Assembly (NCBI GenBank): GCA_002482505.1
Contig: DLGD01000007.1
Coordinates: 67,258-131,257, forward strand
Source of the DNA: Christensenella sp. UBA7703
GTDB taxonomy: Bacteria > Bacillota > Clostridia > Christensenellales > CAG-138
Direction: 5' to 3'
DNA length: 64,000 nucleotides
Shown: one piece after another, positions 63,605-64,000 of the stretch
How positions within the stretch are numbered: position 1 is the stretch's first letter
Layout of the letters: every line of letters starts with the position of its first letter
Notes under the pieces: generated by a model
Databases searched by the model: none
Told to the model about the DNA's origin: nothing
The model's input: only the letters and a program-made list of their open reading frames with translations
Position numbers and translations under genes: made by a program

Positions 63605-64000
63605 TCAAGAGGTCGCGGCGTCCGCGCTGTTGGCCTGCACCGCCGCCTTCAAAATTTCGGTATCAAACCCAGCCGCTTTGTATCCTTCAAGAAGCGTACT
63701 GTAATAGAAGGCGCTCGGCTTGTTCGGTGGCTTGTTGCCAATCAGTATGTACACAAGAACCTCCATCGCCGCACCGTTCAAGCGTACCTTTACCGTATCC
63801 TTTCGGTACAAATCTGGCACTCCGATCCAGCGGTCGAGCGCAACTTCGTCCTGTGGGGTTATCTCCCACAGGAGCGTGGGTACGCCACCGCCCTTCGCCT
63901 TTTCGATCGTTGCAACCGCGCAGGCGTTGCCGCCGCGAAACGCAAGATTGAAGTTCTTTAACTCGATCGTACCGATCGGCTTCGCGGTCGGACAATGCTT
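63605..64000 (-). CDS. hypothetical phage protein, C-terminal part (frame open to window edge)
   Basis: My translation of the minus strand from 64000 is continuous (KHCPTAKPIGTIELKNFNLAFRGGNACAVATIEKAKGGGVPTLLWEI...AAVQANSADAATS). The ORF-track M at 63820 is a GTG inside this frame. Confidence 0.55.
   Translation of the reverse strand, partial: KHCPTAKPIGTIELKNFNLAFRGGNACAVATIEKAKGGGVPTLLWEITPQDEVALDRWIGVPDLYRKDTVKVRLNGAAMEVLVYILIGNKPPNKPSAFYYSTLLEGYKAAGFDTEILKAAVQANSADAATS

Larger units (their letters stand above)
39584..64000 (-). mobile_element. siphovirus-type prophage, late (structural + lysis) region; continues beyond window
   Basis: Canonical order on the minus strand: TerL, portal, ClpP protease, HK97 MCP, connectors, major tail, G/GT, TMP, Dit, Tal, fibre, endolysin, holin-like. 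Spot counts give GC of about 60-68 %. Confidence 0.9.

Noticed and set aside
63300-63608. 102-aa ORF upstream of TerL, considered as a small terminase candidate.
   Set aside because: It overlaps the better 83-aa gene in another frame, has a junk-like basic composition, and shows no HTH or oligomerisation features.
1-64000. CRISPR arrays, rRNA genes, IS elements/transposases, reverse transcriptases (retron/DGR) and toxin-antitoxin pairs.
   Set aside because: Reading the ORF track and sequence, I found no regularly spaced repeats, no DDE/IS-type ORFs and no RT motifs. A by-eye scan cannot exclude small ncRNAs.

Overview
64-kb window from a GC-rich Firmicutes (Clostridia-type) chromosome; spot counts on single 60-nt lines give about 55-60 % GC in core genes. 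I cannot assign a species. The layout is as follows. (1) 1-9.6 kb holds core genes: potB'CD polyamine ABC transporter, an HMGL-family Re-citrate-synthase-like enzyme, DUF1428, CvpA and a DAG/lipid kinase. (2) 9.6-18.2 kb is a compact, co-oriented phage-like packaging/head module (TerS, TerL, portal, scaffold, major capsid and five unknowns). It has host-like GC and no integrase, replication, tail-tube/fibre or lysis genes. (3) 18.3-23.8 kb holds core genes: a lipoprotein, a clostridial 2x[4Fe-4S] ferredoxin, RicT/YaaT with a long PQ-rich tail, HolB and a PLP decarboxylase. (4) Next comes a promoter, a degenerate tRNA 5'-half and an intact tRNA-Asn(GTT). These are followed by a roughly 12-kb AT-rich, compositionally mosaic defence island (24.2-36.0 kb). 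The island encodes an 1101-aa SF2 helicase with a C-terminal PD-(D/E)xK-like module, a 218-aa TM/coiled-coil protein and a complete Type III R-M (mod+res) with an AT-rich swapped-looking TRD. It also encodes a 649-aa helical-repeat + HIRAN protein and a 309-aa GIY-YIG nuclease. (5) 36.0-39.6 kb carries two overlapping large serine recombinase genes plus an HTH/Zn-ribbon protein, sitting exactly on the GC step. (6) 39.6 kb to the window end is the late region of a siphovirus-type prophage on the minus strand, running from lysis and tail genes through TMP, G/GT chaperone, major tail, HK97-type head, portal and TerL. A 6.8-kb lower-GC cargo block interrupts this region precisely between the G/GT chaperone and the tape measure gene. 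The cargo encodes a membrane alpha/beta hydrolase, a LytTR regulator + DUF3021 pair with upstream direct repeats, a TspO-like membrane protein, a small RelA/SpoT-type HD hydrolase and a large beta-helix lipoprotein. The most promising candidate for an undescribed system is the HIRAN-protein/GIY-YIG pair in the defence island, possibly working with the neighbouring genes. The head-only phage-like module and the mid-tail-operon cargo come next. No CRISPR array, rRNA or transposase/IS was seen.
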